Origin: a virus
Reading direction: 5' to 3' (one strand)
Length of the DNA: 64,000 bases
Virus record (IMG/VR): IMGVR_UViG_3300045282_000183
Coordinates: 5,181-69,180 of that record
Shown here: positions 36,202-45,967 of the stretch, piece after piece
How the letters are laid out: the number at the start of each line of letters is the position of its first letter
Numbering within the stretch: the stretch's first letter is position 1
Notes under the pieces: generated by a model
Databases searched by the model: none
The model's input: only the letters and a program-made list of their open reading frames with translations
Told to the model about the DNA's origin: nothing
Program-made: the position numbers and the translations under genes

Positions 36202-36424
36202 GCAGGCTGGCCCAAATCACGGGGGCGGGGCAAGCCACAAGTGTCCGGCATTTTGGCGTGTGTTATGGGTTGTGCGGCAACCCGTAGTGGCGCTTGGTCC
36301 GCACTTAAAAGCGGTTGTGCTATCGGTTGTGGAGCAACCTCTGGTGATCGGGGGTGGCCGCTTGTATTGTAGATCGTAATTAGAGTGAAAAAGGCAATAC
36401 CGATGCGCGCGAGCCCCGTATCAT

Positions 36425-36513
36425 GTTTAATTATGATATTGTGATATTGCCTCGCGTGCGGGGAATGAAGACGATCCTCGCGCGTGTGAGGCAATATTTC
36501 AATATTTCAATAC
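36425..36513. repeat. ~89-bp palindromic element, copy 2
   Basis: Near-identical to 3238-3326. Confidence 0.9.
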
Positions 36514-36557
36514 GGGCTTGCCAACGGCCCCGGAGGTGGCGTAGTAGCCTGAGCCCA

Positions 36558-37049
36558 ATGGCACCGCGCAAGGCAAAGCTCTTCTGGGCAGCACTCACCG
36601 TCGGGTACGGCGACGAGCAGCGCGCGATGTACTCGGTGACAGATCTCGTCGTCGACGCCTACAACCCACAGATGAAATCACGCGGGACGTCCCGCTCAGT
36701 CCTTCCAGGATATCTGCTCGTCAAGCTGCGCCGGGGCCAACACCTCGGCGAAGTTTCGAGGGCGAAGCACGTGACGGGATATCTCGGCGAGGTGGATCGG
36801 GCTGACGTCGAGTGGATACGCTCTCTCGAGAACTCCGCCGGGTACGTCGAGCCTGACAAGGTGGCGAGCCCCCCGACCTTCGCGTTCGGGGACCGGGTGA
36901 TGGCCTTGTCCGGCGTCGCCAAGCACTGCGCGGGCGAGTATCGTGGCCTAGACCGAACCAACTACGACGACGCGAGGATACTGTTCCGCGTGCTGGGCCG
37001 CGAAGTTCGCGTCTCGGTGCCGCGTCGCGATCTGGTACTCTCCGCGTAG
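36558..37049 (+). CDS. NusG/RfaH-family transcription antiterminator paralog
   Basis: VLPGYLLV (NGN), FAFGDRVMALSG (KOW), LFRVLGREVRV. Confidence 0.85.
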   Translation: MAPRKAKLFWAALTVGYGDEQRAMYSVTDLVVDAYNPQMKSRGTSRSVLPGYLLVKLRRGQHLGEVSRAKHVTGYLGEVDRADVEWIRSLENSAGYVEPDKVASPPTFAFGDRVMALSGVAKHCAGEYRGLDRTNYDDARILFRVLGREVRVSVPRRDLVLSA

Positions 37050-37167
37050 GAGGGTGCTGTCATCGGCCAGAACTGAGCGCCCGGGACATCCGGGTGCGGA
37101 GCCTCGGCCAAATTCAAGAACCGCAAGCACTTAGATGCGTTCCACGCATCGTGCAGAAGGATCTGGG

Positions 37168-37629
37168 ATGCATACACAGATAGAACGAAGAGGCAGGAAG
37201 GGAGCAGGGCCGACGCCCGGGTCTTTCAAGCCAGGAAACAAGGCGGCCACTCGTGCTCCAGGCAAGATGCCGATGGGTCGCTTCATCACTGCTCAGCTGA
37301 TCCGTTTGATGCAGGAAGAGATCCCCGACCCGAACGACAAGGCGAAGATCAAGGCGCGAGCGAAGCGTGTCTATTTCTTCTGCCTCACGCTCGTGAACGC
37401 CGCGATCGCGGGCGACACTGCCGCGCTGAAGATGGTGATGGATCGTATCGAGGGCACGCCGATCAGTACGATGAACCTCAAGGTGACAGACGATCCGGAT
37501 AATATCACTCCCGAGGAGATGGGAGCGCTGGCGGAGACGCGCGAGAAGCTCAAGACCATGACGCGCGACGAGAAGCTGGAGTTGTACAACCGGCTGACCA
37601 GCAGCAGCGAGACGCGTGGGGAGGCGTGA
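37168..37629 (+). CDS. terS: terminase small subunit
   Basis: SFKPGN, AIAGD...MDRIEG motifs; directly upstream of terL. Confidence 0.7.
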   Translation: MHTQIERRGRKGAGPTPGSFKPGNKAATRAPGKMPMGRFITAQLIRLMQEEIPDPNDKAKIKARAKRVYFFCLTLVNAAIAGDTAALKMVMDRIEGTPISTMNLKVTDDPDNITPEEMGALAETREKLKTMTRDEKLELYNRLTSSSETRGEA

Positions 37630-39319
37630 GAAATTTGTCGACCCGATCGACACTCGCGTCAACAGGTGGCTCGATCTCGCCGACCCGGATCCTGGATCGA
37701 GTGACGCCGAGTGGCTGCGCGTGCGAAAGGCGCGAGAGGTCGAGCTGGATCTCTGCGCCGAGGACAAGATCTACTGGTTCAATACTTGGGTCAAGACGTA
37801 CAATCCCAAGCTCGTTGGTCTGCGAAGTCCGTGGCTCCCGTTTGATCTTTTCCCGAAGCAGGAGGAGTTCATACGATGGTTCGAGCGTCTGTCCGCGAAC
37901 AAGGAAGACGGACACTGCGACAAGAGCCGCGACGTCGGTTTCACGTGGCTCACGGGCGGGTTCGCCGTTCATCGGTTTCTCTTCGAGGATGGATACAAGT
38001 GCAACTTCGGCAGTCGCAAGGCCGAGTACGTCGACCGTCTGGGCGACCCGGACAGCATCTTCGAGAAAATTCGCATGCTCATTCGCGGCCTGCCCCCGTG
38101 GATGCTCCCGTCGCCGAACGCGCTGCATCTCAACTCGATGCTCATCATTAATGAGGAGCGCGGCTCGGTCCTTCGCGGCGAGGCCGGAGACGACATGGGC
38201 CGAGGCGGTCGATCGACCGACTACGTCTTCGACGAGTTCGCCTTTGTCGAGCGAGCAGACAGTGTGGACGCGGCCTCTGCGGCGAACGCAGACTGTCGCA
38301 TCTTCGGCTCGACCGTCAATGGTCAGGGCAACCTCTTCTTCCGCAAGCGCCACGACGGCAGCATGCGAGACGACCAGAAGTTCCGCATTCACTGGAGCGA
38401 CGACCCGCGCAAGCGAGACGGGACGGTCGAGGTCCGCGAGCCCGGCAGGCCCATCGTCGTCATCTCCTGGGAGCAGGCGACTCGTCTCAAGATGGAGGCG
38501 CACAAGTGGGGCAGCGAGTACGACTGCGACTACTCGGCGTCTGTCGAGGGCATATGCATCCTAGCCAAGTGGGTCGAGGCTGCGAAGCGTCTCGGGCCGC
38601 TCCTGCGCGCGAGAGGGATCAAGATACCGGAGCCGTTGAACGGTGTGGCGGGTGGCGACGTCGGCGCTGGCAAGGCGAAGTCGGTCGTGGTCGCGCGCTT
38701 CGGGCCGGTGGTTCGCGTGCCGAAGAGCTGGACCGACCCGGACACGGTGGACACCGCGAACCGGATGCTGCTGCACTGCTCCGAGATCAAGACCAAGGGA
38801 CCGCAGGGTCACGAGGGTGGCGTGAAGAACATTCGGTTCGACGCGACGGGCGTGGGTCACGGCGTCGGCTCGGTGATGAAGCGCGGGCTCGGCGCGACGA
38901 TATCGTACGCGGTGCTCGTTGGCAATCCGCCCAGCGAGACCATGTGGCCGGACGGCAAGACGTCGAAGGAGAAGTTCCTGAACATCAAGGCCGAGAGCTG
39001 GTGGATCTGTCGCGAGAGAGCCAAGAACTCGTACGAGCAGATGCTCTTCCTGACGGACAAGGTCAACGCCGAGGCGATCGAGCACCCGATCGAGGACTGT
39101 CTACTGCTGCCGCCGGACGATGCGGGACCAGACGCGATGACCATGAACTCGCAGCTCTCGCTCGTCAAGTGGCTCACCACGGTCGGCGGCAAGATCGTGA
39201 TCGAGAGCAAGCAGCAATTGCAGAAGCGCGAGATCGCTTCGCCGGACCACGCGGACGCGCTGATGCTGACGTTCACGCCGGAGTCCACGGCCGAGAAGCT
39301 CATGAAGGCGTACGCGTGA
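37616..39319 (+). CDS. terL: terminase large subunit
   Basis: PFDLFPKQ, KSRDVGFTW, GRGGR...FDEFAF, GGDVG, SPDHADAL. Confidence 0.93.
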   Translation: MGRREKFVDPIDTRVNRWLDLADPDPGSSDAEWLRVRKAREVELDLCAEDKIYWFNTWVKTYNPKLVGLRSPWLPFDLFPKQEEFIRWFERLSANKEDGHCDKSRDVGFTWLTGGFAVHRFLFEDGYKCNFGSRKAEYVDRLGDPDSIFEKIRMLIRGLPPWMLPSPNALHLNSMLIINEERGSVLRGEAGDDMGRGGRSTDYVFDEFAFVERADSVDAASAANADCRIFGSTVNGQGNLFFRKRHDGSMRDDQKFRIHWSDDPRKRDGTVEVREPGRPIVVISWEQATRLKMEAHKWGSEYDCDYSASVEGICILAKWVEAAKRLGPLLRARGIKIPEPLNGVAGGDVGAGKAKSVVVARFGPVVRVPKSWTDPDTVDTANRMLLHCSEIKTKGPQGHEGGVKNIRFDATGVGHGVGSVMKRGLGATISYAVLVGNPPSETMWPDGKTSKEKFLNIKAESWWICRERAKNSYEQMLFLTDKVNAEAIEHPIEDCLLLPPDDAGPDAMTMNSQLSLVKWLTTVGGKIVIESKQQLQKREIASPDHADALMLTFTPESTAEKLMKAYA

Positions 39320-39627
39320 GCAGAGCCAACCGACGCAACGTGATGCTCGACCTGAATGGCGAGCATCTCTCGCGACTCCTCCAGGTCATCGCCGACGATC
39401 AGCTCGTTCTCGGTGTTCTGGACGACGACAGCCAGATCCTGCGCACCGTGTCCGGGCGCAAGGCACACGATCGCCCGAGCACAGTGTCCCGCTCACAAAC
39501 CCCCCGTGAGCAGGGTGCATGTGTCGCTGACCTTCCCACTGCGAAGTGCTCTGGCGTAGGGGCCGCCGACCGGTCTTCCGATCCGTCGCTGGTTGGCGGC
39601 CCCGTCATCACAGGAGTGCCCACTTGA
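39316..39627 (+). CDS. possible small hypothetical protein
   Basis: GTGA-coupled ORF between terL and portal. Confidence 0.3.
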   Translation: MSRANRRNVMLDLNGEHLSRLLQVIADDQLVLGVLDDDSQILRTVSGRKAHDRPSTVSRSQTPREQGACVADLPTAKCSGVGAADRSSDPSLVGGPVITGVPT

Positions 39628-41618
39628 CCAAGGCGCGAAAGGCTGGCATCACCAAGGACACGATCCGCAGGGCGGGTGTCGCCGAGCGACGGACCGCGAA
39701 GCAAACGAGCGACAGCTTCCAGAACTTCATGCTGAAGCTGGGCATGGGCACCGACAATCCACTGTCCGGCAGCACGTACGGCTTCAATCCCATCTCGCGC
39801 GTGCGCACGCTCCTCGAGTGGATCTACCGAGGCAGCTGGATCGGGCCGATCGCGATCGATATCATCGCCGAGGACATGACCCGGGCTGGCATCGACATCT
39901 CCACGCAGATGGAGCCGAAGGCGCTCGAGAAGCTGAACAAGGGCGTGCAGAACCTCGGCTTCTGGAACGCGGTCAGCGACACTATCAAGTGGTCTCGCCT
40001 GTATGGTGGCGCGATCATGGTCCCGATGATTGACGGGCAGGACGTCAGCACGCCACTTCGCGTGGAGACCGTGACGCGGGGTCAGCTCAAGTCGTTCATG
40101 GTGCTGGACCGCTGGATGGTGGAGGCTCGTCTCGAGGAGCTCGTCGGTCCCGCTGATGCGCGCGTCGGCGAGCCGATGTTCTACCGCGTGAACAGCGACG
40201 CCCCCGCTCTTCGCGGCAAGAACATTCACTACACGCGCTGCATGAGGATGCTCGGCACGAAGCTCCCGTACTGGCAGGCCGTGCAGGAGAACCTCTGGGG
40301 ACTGAGCATCTTCGAGCGCATCTACGATCGCCTCGTGGCCTTCGACTCGTCGACGCAGGGCGCGGCGCAGCTTGTCTACAAGAGCTTCCTCCGTACCTAC
40401 AAGATGAAGGGCATGACGGAACTCTTGTCGTCCGGCAGCGAGCAGGGGATACAGACCCTGATGCGCAAGATGGACGCGATGCGTCGCTACCAGAGCAACG
40501 AGGGCATCACGCTCGTGGACGGCGACGACGACGTGACCGCCGTGACCAACTCCAGCTTCACAGGCATCAGCGACGTGATCCTGCAGATGGCGCAGCAGAT
40601 CAGCGGCACGCTGCAGATGCCTCTCGTGCGCATGTTCGGGCAGAGCCCGGCTGGGCTGAACTCCACCGGAGAGGCCGACCTCCGCACGTACTATGACGGC
40701 GTGAACACCAAGCAGGAGCGCGAGACGCGCGCGCCCGTGACCACCATGTATCGCCTGATGGCTCAGTCCCTCGGCACGCCTCTGCCCGAGGACTTCGACT
40801 TTCAGTTCACGCCGCTGTGGCAGCTGGACGAGGGCCAGAAGAGCGAGATCTTCAGTCGCGACGCCACGTCGTACTCGGCCCTGAAGGACGCGGCCATCGT
40901 CGACGACGCCTTCGTCTTGCGCGAACTCAAGCAGTCTTCCAAGTCGCTGGGCCGAGGCGACAACATCACCGACGAGATGATCGCGGCCGCTGAGCTGGAG
41001 CCCGACGACCTCGGCGTCGGTGCCGGGCTGGGCCTCTCCGACGACGAGATACGCGAGGCCGGGGGCGACCCCTCGAAGATCAAGCACGACAATCCGGTCA
41101 AGTCGCCGCTGGCACAGCTCGCCGCGGGAGGATTGAAGCCCGGCAAGTCTACGCCGATGAGCAAGCCGACGCTGGTCAGCAGTCGCGACAAACAGCGCAC
41201 CCGCGACAGTCTGCCGCAGTACTCTGTCTGCGGCGTCATGGTCGCGATCGAGAACCTCGCGGGCAGCACGCGCACCGGCCCGGGCTGGTCCGTCGTGATG
41301 ACGGCCGACTACGGCCACGTGCCGACGGTCTCGTCGGCCGAGGGTGACATGCAGTGGATGGACGCGTTTGTCGGCCCGAACCGCGACAGCGAGGACGCGT
41401 GGATCATCGACGCGCACGATCCTCGCACCGGCGAGTTCGACGAGCACAAGTGCATGCTCGGCTTCGACAGCGAGGACGAGGCGATGGAGTGCTTCCGCAC
41501 CTCGTACAACGACAACGCGCGAGGGCGCATCGGAGGCGTCACGCACATGGACCGCGAGCAGTTCACGGCGTGGCTCCAGGGCGGGGATCACGCGCGACCC
41601 GTCGCGAGGGCCGCGTAG
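39624..41618 (+). CDS. portal protein (DUF1073 type) fused to C-terminal inorganic pyrophosphatase-like domain
   Basis: WSRLYGGA, RMFGQSPAGLNSTGEADLRTYYD, FTPLWQ; C-terminal IEN..GSTR..DYG..DAFVG..FDEHKCMLGF. Confidence 0.88.
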   Translation: MTKARKAGITKDTIRRAGVAERRTAKQTSDSFQNFMLKLGMGTDNPLSGSTYGFNPISRVRTLLEWIYRGSWIGPIAIDIIAEDMTRAGIDISTQMEPKALEKLNKGVQNLGFWNAVSDTIKWSRLYGGAIMVPMIDGQDVSTPLRVETVTRGQLKSFMVLDRWMVEARLEELVGPADARVGEPMFYRVNSDAPALRGKNIHYTRCMRMLGTKLPYWQAVQENLWGLSIFERIYDRLVAFDSSTQGAAQLVYKSFLRTYKMKGMTELLSSGSEQGIQTLMRKMDAMRRYQSNEGITLVDGDDDVTAVTNSSFTGISDVILQMAQQISGTLQMPLVRMFGQSPAGLNSTGEADLRTYYDGVNTKQERETRAPVTTMYRLMAQSLGTPLPEDFDFQFTPLWQLDEGQKSEIFSRDATSYSALKDAAIVDDAFVLRELKQSSKSLGRGDNITDEMIAAAELEPDDLGVGAGLGLSDDEIREAGGDPSKIKHDNPVKSPLAQLAAGGLKPGKSTPMSKPTLVSSRDKQRTRDSLPQYSVCGVMVAIENLAGSTRTGPGWSVVMTADYGHVPTVSSAEGDMQWMDAFVGPNRDSEDAWIIDAHDPRTGEFDEHKCMLGFDSEDEAMECFRTSYNDNARGRIGGVTHMDREQFTAWLQGGDHARPVARAA

Positions 41619-41708
41619 ATGGAGGTTGTCTACGGCGGGGTCATTCTGGCGGTGGTCGTGTTGTTCTTCATCAGGATGGCGTGTTGACACAGACAGTGGA
41701 GAACTGAG

Positions 41709-41882
41709 ATGCAGGAACAGATCAACAAGAAGCAGGACTTTGAGCGCCGCGCGCGCGAGTGTCTTCAGGGGTTGCACGGCCTGATCGAGGAGGCCAAGCG
41801 CGAGGGCTACTCGCTCAGCGGCGAGTTCGGCCTGGACGTCGGCGGCAAGCCGCAGTCGCGCATCGTGGTTGGACTGCGATGA
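41709..41882 (+). CDS. small hypothetical protein (57 aa)
   Basis: GGAG SD; own translation MQEQINKKQDFE... Confidence 0.45.
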   Translation: MQEQINKKQDFERRARECLQGLHGLIEEAKREGYSLSGEFGLDVGGKPQSRIVVGLR

Positions 41883-42085
41883 TCACGCGGGTCAGCCAGC
41901 GCGTCAGCGATGCGGCGTTCGCCGCCGTGCGCAAGTTCGCCGACGACTCGGGCTATGGCAGCTTTCTCACGAACGAGAACGCTCGCGCCATCGGCGACGT
42001 CGCCGCGCTGGCCGCAGTGCGCGCCGCACTCGAGGACAGCGGCGCGAAGATCGTGAACCCCGAGCAGCCGTTCGCGCCGGAGTGA
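41879..42085 (+). CDS. small hypothetical protein
   Basis: Coupled ORF. Confidence 0.5.
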   Translation: MITRVSQRVSDAAFAAVRKFADDSGYGSFLTNENARAIGDVAALAAVRAALEDSGAKIVNPEQPFAPE

Positions 42086-42852
42086 TGGTCAAGACTGCCG
42101 ACAGAGCTCGCCGCGAGACCAAGAAGGAGCGCGTCTCCTTCGCGGCGAGCAGGAAGGCCGAGAAGGACTTCGCTCGGCACCTGCGCAAGATCGCCGGAAA
42201 GATCGGCCATCTCGTCGAGCAATTCGAGCCGGACGATCCGCAGCAGATGACCGAGCTCGAGCACATGTTGCAGAGCTACGCGAAGACCATCGAGCCTTGG
42301 GCGCGCGCCGTCAGCCGCCGCATGCTCGCCGACGCCAGTCGCCGCGACGAGCGCGAGTGGCGCAAGATGTCCGACAAGATGAGCGGTCTCATTCGCGGAG
42401 AGACGCGAAGGAACAATCCCGTGGGGCGAGCGCTTCGCCAGCTCCACGACGAGCAGGTCGCGCTCATCACGAGCCTCCCGCTGGAGGCGGCTCAGCGCGT
42501 GCACGAGCTGACGATCAAGAACCTGACCACGGGCGGGCGCTCGAAGGAGATAGCCGCCGAGATCATGAAGTCGGGCAAGGTCGCTCGCAGCCGCGCTAAC
42601 TTGATAGCCCGGACTGAGGTGGCGAGGTCATCGAGCCTGCTCACGCAGGTTCGAGCCGAGCAGATCGGCTCCGAGGGCTACGTCTGGCGCACGAGTCTGG
42701 ACCAGGACGTGCGCCCTGCGCACAAGAAGATGGAGGGCAAGTTCGTGCGCTGGGACAGCCCTCCTCGTCTCGAGGACGGCACCGTCACGCACGCGGGCCA
42801 GATCTACAATTGTCGCTGTTACCCCGAGCCGGTCATACCGGACGAACTCTGA
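42085..42852 (+). CDS. MuF/SPP1 gp7-family head morphogenesis protein
   Basis: RANLIARTE, YVWRTSLDQDVRPAH, HAGQIYNCRC. Confidence 0.92.
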   Translation: MVKTADRARRETKKERVSFAASRKAEKDFARHLRKIAGKIGHLVEQFEPDDPQQMTELEHMLQSYAKTIEPWARAVSRRMLADASRRDEREWRKMSDKMSGLIRGETRRNNPVGRALRQLHDEQVALITSLPLEAAQRVHELTIKNLTTGGRSKEIAAEIMKSGKVARSRANLIARTEVARSSSLLTQVRAEQIGSEGYVWRTSLDQDVRPAHKKMEGKFVRWDSPPRLEDGTVTHAGQIYNCRCYPEPVIPDEL

Positions 42853-42865
42853 AGGAGCTACTCAC

Positions 42866-43462
42866 ATGAAGAACCGCATCTTCGGCCTCGCTCTCGCGCT
42901 GGTCACTCTGTTTCCTGCTGCTGCGCTGGCGCAGTTCATTCAGCCGCCGAACTCGACGACGCTCTACCCGACGTATCGCGCGGCAATCACGGGTCTGGTA
43001 ACCGCCGCGTCGGCCACTGACTTCTTCACCATTCAGGGCAGCGCCACGAAGACGGTCTACGTGACCGACATGCGTTGCTCGGGCATCGGCTCGACTGCCG
43101 GAACGCCGGACATTCAGGTCGTGAAGCGCAGCGCGGCTAACACGACCGGCACGTCGACGTCCCCGACCGTCGTGCCGCTGGACAGCCAGAACGCGGCCGG
43201 GACCGCCGTCGTTAAGGCGTACACCGCGAACCCGGGCGCGCTCGGGGCCATCGTCGGCGTCGTCGACTCCTACAAGCTGGCGCTTCCGCTGGCCGCGACC
43301 GGCTCGGAGATGCAGGTCGGTGCGACAGACTTTCTGCAGAGTCGCTTCACGCAGCCGATCATTTTGCGCGGCGTGGCGCAGACGCTCGCGCTCAATGGCA
43401 ACGCGGCCACGCTCGCGGCTGGCGCGTCGCTGAACTGCTCGGCCACATGGTTCGAGAAGTGA
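42866..43462 (+). CDS. beta-rich putative virion protein with signal peptide
   Basis: MKNRIFGLALALVTLFPAAALA|Q; Thr/Ala/Gly-rich; 2 Cys. Confidence 0.75.
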   Translation: MKNRIFGLALALVTLFPAAALAQFIQPPNSTTLYPTYRAAITGLVTAASATDFFTIQGSATKTVYVTDMRCSGIGSTAGTPDIQVVKRSAANTTGTSTSPTVVPLDSQNAAGTAVVKAYTANPGALGAIVGVVDSYKLALPLAATGSEMQVGATDFLQSRFTQPIILRGVAQTLALNGNAATLAAGASLNCSATWFEK

Positions 43463-43464
43463 TC

Positions 43465-43881
43465 ATGAGGAGAGCTCTCGTACTCGGAGCTCTTCTGCTC
43501 GCACTCGCGAGCTGGAACTCTCCGGCCTCGGCGCAGTCGTTGCCGAAGAAGTACCTGAGCGCCGCGTCGAACAACTCGACGCTCGTGCTCGGGCGCTCGT
43601 CCGTGGTCAAGATGCTCGTCGCGGTGAACACCACGGCGACCATCTACTACGTCAAGCTCTACAACAAGGCCACCGCGCCGACGTGCGGCACGGACGTTCC
43701 AGTGATCACCGTGCCGGTCCCGGCGCTCGCCACGGGTGGCCCGCCCGTGCAACTCGGCGTCGACGACGGTCTCCTGTTTCCGCTCGGCGTGGGCTTCTGC
43801 ATCGTCGCCGGCATCGCCGACAACGACAACACGAGCGCTGCCACTGGCGTCGCGCTCAATCTCGGAGTATCCGGACGATGA
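43465..43881 (+). CDS. beta-rich putative virion protein with signal peptide
   Basis: MRRALVLGALLLALASWNSPASA|Q; VKLYNKATAPTCGTDVP; 2 Cys. Confidence 0.75.
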   Translation: MRRALVLGALLLALASWNSPASAQSLPKKYLSAASNNSTLVLGRSSVVKMLVAVNTTATIYYVKLYNKATAPTCGTDVPVITVPVPALATGGPPVQLGVDDGLLFPLGVGFCIVAGIADNDNTSAATGVALNLGVSGR

Positions 43882-45317
43882 CCATGACGAGGCGCTTTCA
43901 CACCACGATGGCGCTCGGCGACAAGCGTCACGTGACGCCCGAGGGTTTCCTCGTGTGCCACGACGTCCCGATGGCTCGCATCGGCGACATGTTGTACGGC
44001 CCGGAGGAGACCCCCGTTCACTCCACCGACGGCGTGTCGGGGGTGACAATTCGTCGCGAGGAGGACGAGGTGTTCCGCGAGGACACCATGCTCTCGATCA
44101 TCGGCAAGCCGGTGACCAATGACCACCCCGAGGCGCTCGTTGATCCGCAGTCGTGGCGCGACAGCTCGGTCGGCACGGTCATGAATGCTCGTCGCGGGGA
44201 GGGTGTCTACAAGGACCTTCTCATCGGCGACATCATGATCTGCGAGCCGCAGGCGATCCAGGACGTGCTCGCGGGCAAGGTCGAGGTCAGCTGCGGCTAC
44301 GACGCGGAGTACGAGGAGCTGAAGCCCGGTCTCGGGCGACAGAAGAACATCATCTACAATCATCTGGCGCTGGTCGACAAGGGTAGATGCGGCCCGCGCT
44401 GCTCGATCGGGGATTATCAGCCCCCGGAACTTCAAACAGAAGAGGACGACACCATGAGCAATCGACTTGTCGTGAAGGACAAGAAGTCACTGTACGCGCG
44501 CCTGAAGCAACTGATGGGCAGCGGCGTGACTGTCAAGGACGCTGATCTCGAGGAGGCCTTCTCCAAGGAGACCAGCGACGACGTCACCACCGAGGAGGGC
44601 GCGTCCGGCATGGGCGACGTCCACATTCACATGGGCGGTGCGCCGTCCGGAGAGAAGCCGATCGCGGTCGGCGGCGACGCCGTGGACCCGAACGCGGTCG
44701 ACCCGACCGCTGGTCAGGGTCAGCTCGACCCCGCGCTCGAGGCTCGTTTCCAGGGCATCGAGACCTCGATCTCCACGATCGCGGCCGCCGTCCAGAAGCT
44801 GGTCGGCGGTGAGGAAGAGGAAGACCCGAGCAACAACTTCTCGGAGCAGGCCGACGAGGTTGGCAAGACCGAGGAGGAGATGAAAAAGGCCGAGGACAGC
44901 GCGTTCTTCCGGGACACGTTCCAGGAGACCGTGGCTCTGGCCGAGATCATCGTGCCGGGCGTCAAGGTGCCGTCGTTCGACGCCAAGGCGAAGCCGGGCA
45001 AGACCTACGACGCCATCTGCAATTTCCGTCGCACCGTGCTTGATCTGGCGTGGAACGATGGCAAGTCGCGTCAGTATCTGCAGGACATCCTTGGGAACGG
45101 CAAGGACCCGAAGACCGGCTGCAAGACGTGTGATCAGGTGCGCAGCGCGTTCCGCGCCCTGTCTCTCGCGCGACGTGCGGACAACAACGGCTCGGCGACC
45201 AATGATCGCCGCGAGCGGACCGGCGACTACGGTGCCGTGCGCAGCACGAGCGCGATCAAGACGCCGGCCGATCTCCAGAAGCACATCGAGGCGAAGCGGA
45301 AGAGCAAGGCCGCCTGA
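43878..45317 (+). CDS. DUF2213 prohead protease / scaffold
   Basis: TPEGFL, GKPVTNDHP, EVSCGYDA, NHLALVDKGRCG; probable nested scaffold start at 44454. Confidence 0.9.
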   Translation: MTMTRRFHTTMALGDKRHVTPEGFLVCHDVPMARIGDMLYGPEETPVHSTDGVSGVTIRREEDEVFREDTMLSIIGKPVTNDHPEALVDPQSWRDSSVGTVMNARRGEGVYKDLLIGDIMICEPQAIQDVLAGKVEVSCGYDAEYEELKPGLGRQKNIIYNHLALVDKGRCGPRCSIGDYQPPELQTEEDDTMSNRLVVKDKKSLYARLKQLMGSGVTVKDADLEEAFSKETSDDVTTEEGASGMGDVHIHMGGAPSGEKPIAVGGDAVDPNAVDPTAGQGQLDPALEARFQGIETSISTIAAAVQKLVGGEEEEDPSNNFSEQADEVGKTEEEMKKAEDSAFFRDTFQETVALAEIIVPGVKVPSFDAKAKPGKTYDAICNFRRTVLDLAWNDGKSRQYLQDILGNGKDPKTGCKTCDQVRSAFRALSLARRADNNGSATNDRRERTGDYGAVRSTSAIKTPADLQKHIEAKRKSKAA

Positions 45318-45344
45318 GCCCAGCAACGAAAGGAAACCAGAGAC

Positions 45345-45944
45345 ATGTTGTTCTTCAAGAAGAAAGCGCTGATCCTCGCGGCTCCCGCGATCATCGGCAT
45401 CTCGCGCGGTCGCTCCTACACCCGGGACGTCGCGTACAACTACCGGATGCCTGCCGGGTTCTCCGGCGACATCAATCGCACGCATCCCGCCAGCGTCGAG
45501 CCGGTGCAGTGGGATCCAACCAATCCGCCGACCTTCACTGGTCAGGCGGTCGTGGTCGACGCGACCAGCAAGAAGGTTCGCGCGTGTGGCGTGGTCGACG
45601 ACTCGGCGCTCACGGACATCTACGGTCTGGCCGTGCGCGTGTTCCCGATCCAGCAGTCGACGGGCGGCATGTCCGCGTCGTTCGGTGTCGGCGCTCCTCC
45701 GGTCAATCAGCCGGGTGACGTGCTGAAGTCTGGCTACATGATGGTCACCGTCAGCAACCTCGGTGTTCCCGTCAAGGGTGGTCAGGTCCACGTCTGGGCC
45801 AAGCCCGCTGCCGGTAATCACATCCAAGGAGGCCTGGAGGTCGCGGCCGTCGGTGGCAGCACCATCTCGCTTCCGCTCAACTCCTACTCGTGGAACGGTG
45901 GTCCGGACGCCAACGGCGTCGCGGAAGTCATCATCCGCGCCTGA
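45345..45944 (+). CDS. capsid decoration/cement protein
   Basis: YRMPAGFSGD...DANGVAEV; lies between protease and capsid. Confidence 0.75.
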   Translation: MLFFKKKALILAAPAIIGISRGRSYTRDVAYNYRMPAGFSGDINRTHPASVEPVQWDPTNPPTFTGQAVVVDATSKKVRACGVVDDSALTDIYGLAVRVFPIQQSTGGMSASFGVGAPPVNQPGDVLKSGYMMVTVSNLGVPVKGGQVHVWAKPAAGNHIQGGLEVAAVGGSTISLPLNSYSWNGGPDANGVAEVIIRA

Positions 45945-45967
45945 TCCCAGGAAAGGACATCAGTACC

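Noticed and set aside
39624-41030. Anti-CBASS Acb1 (label often attached to DUF1073 proteins)
   Set aside because: Position and motifs indicate a portal; no paired HxT phosphoesterase motifs recognised
45345-45430. Signal peptide on the capsid decoration protein
   Set aside because: Hydrophobic stretch is short with no AxA site; better explained as the propeptide shared with the capsid protein
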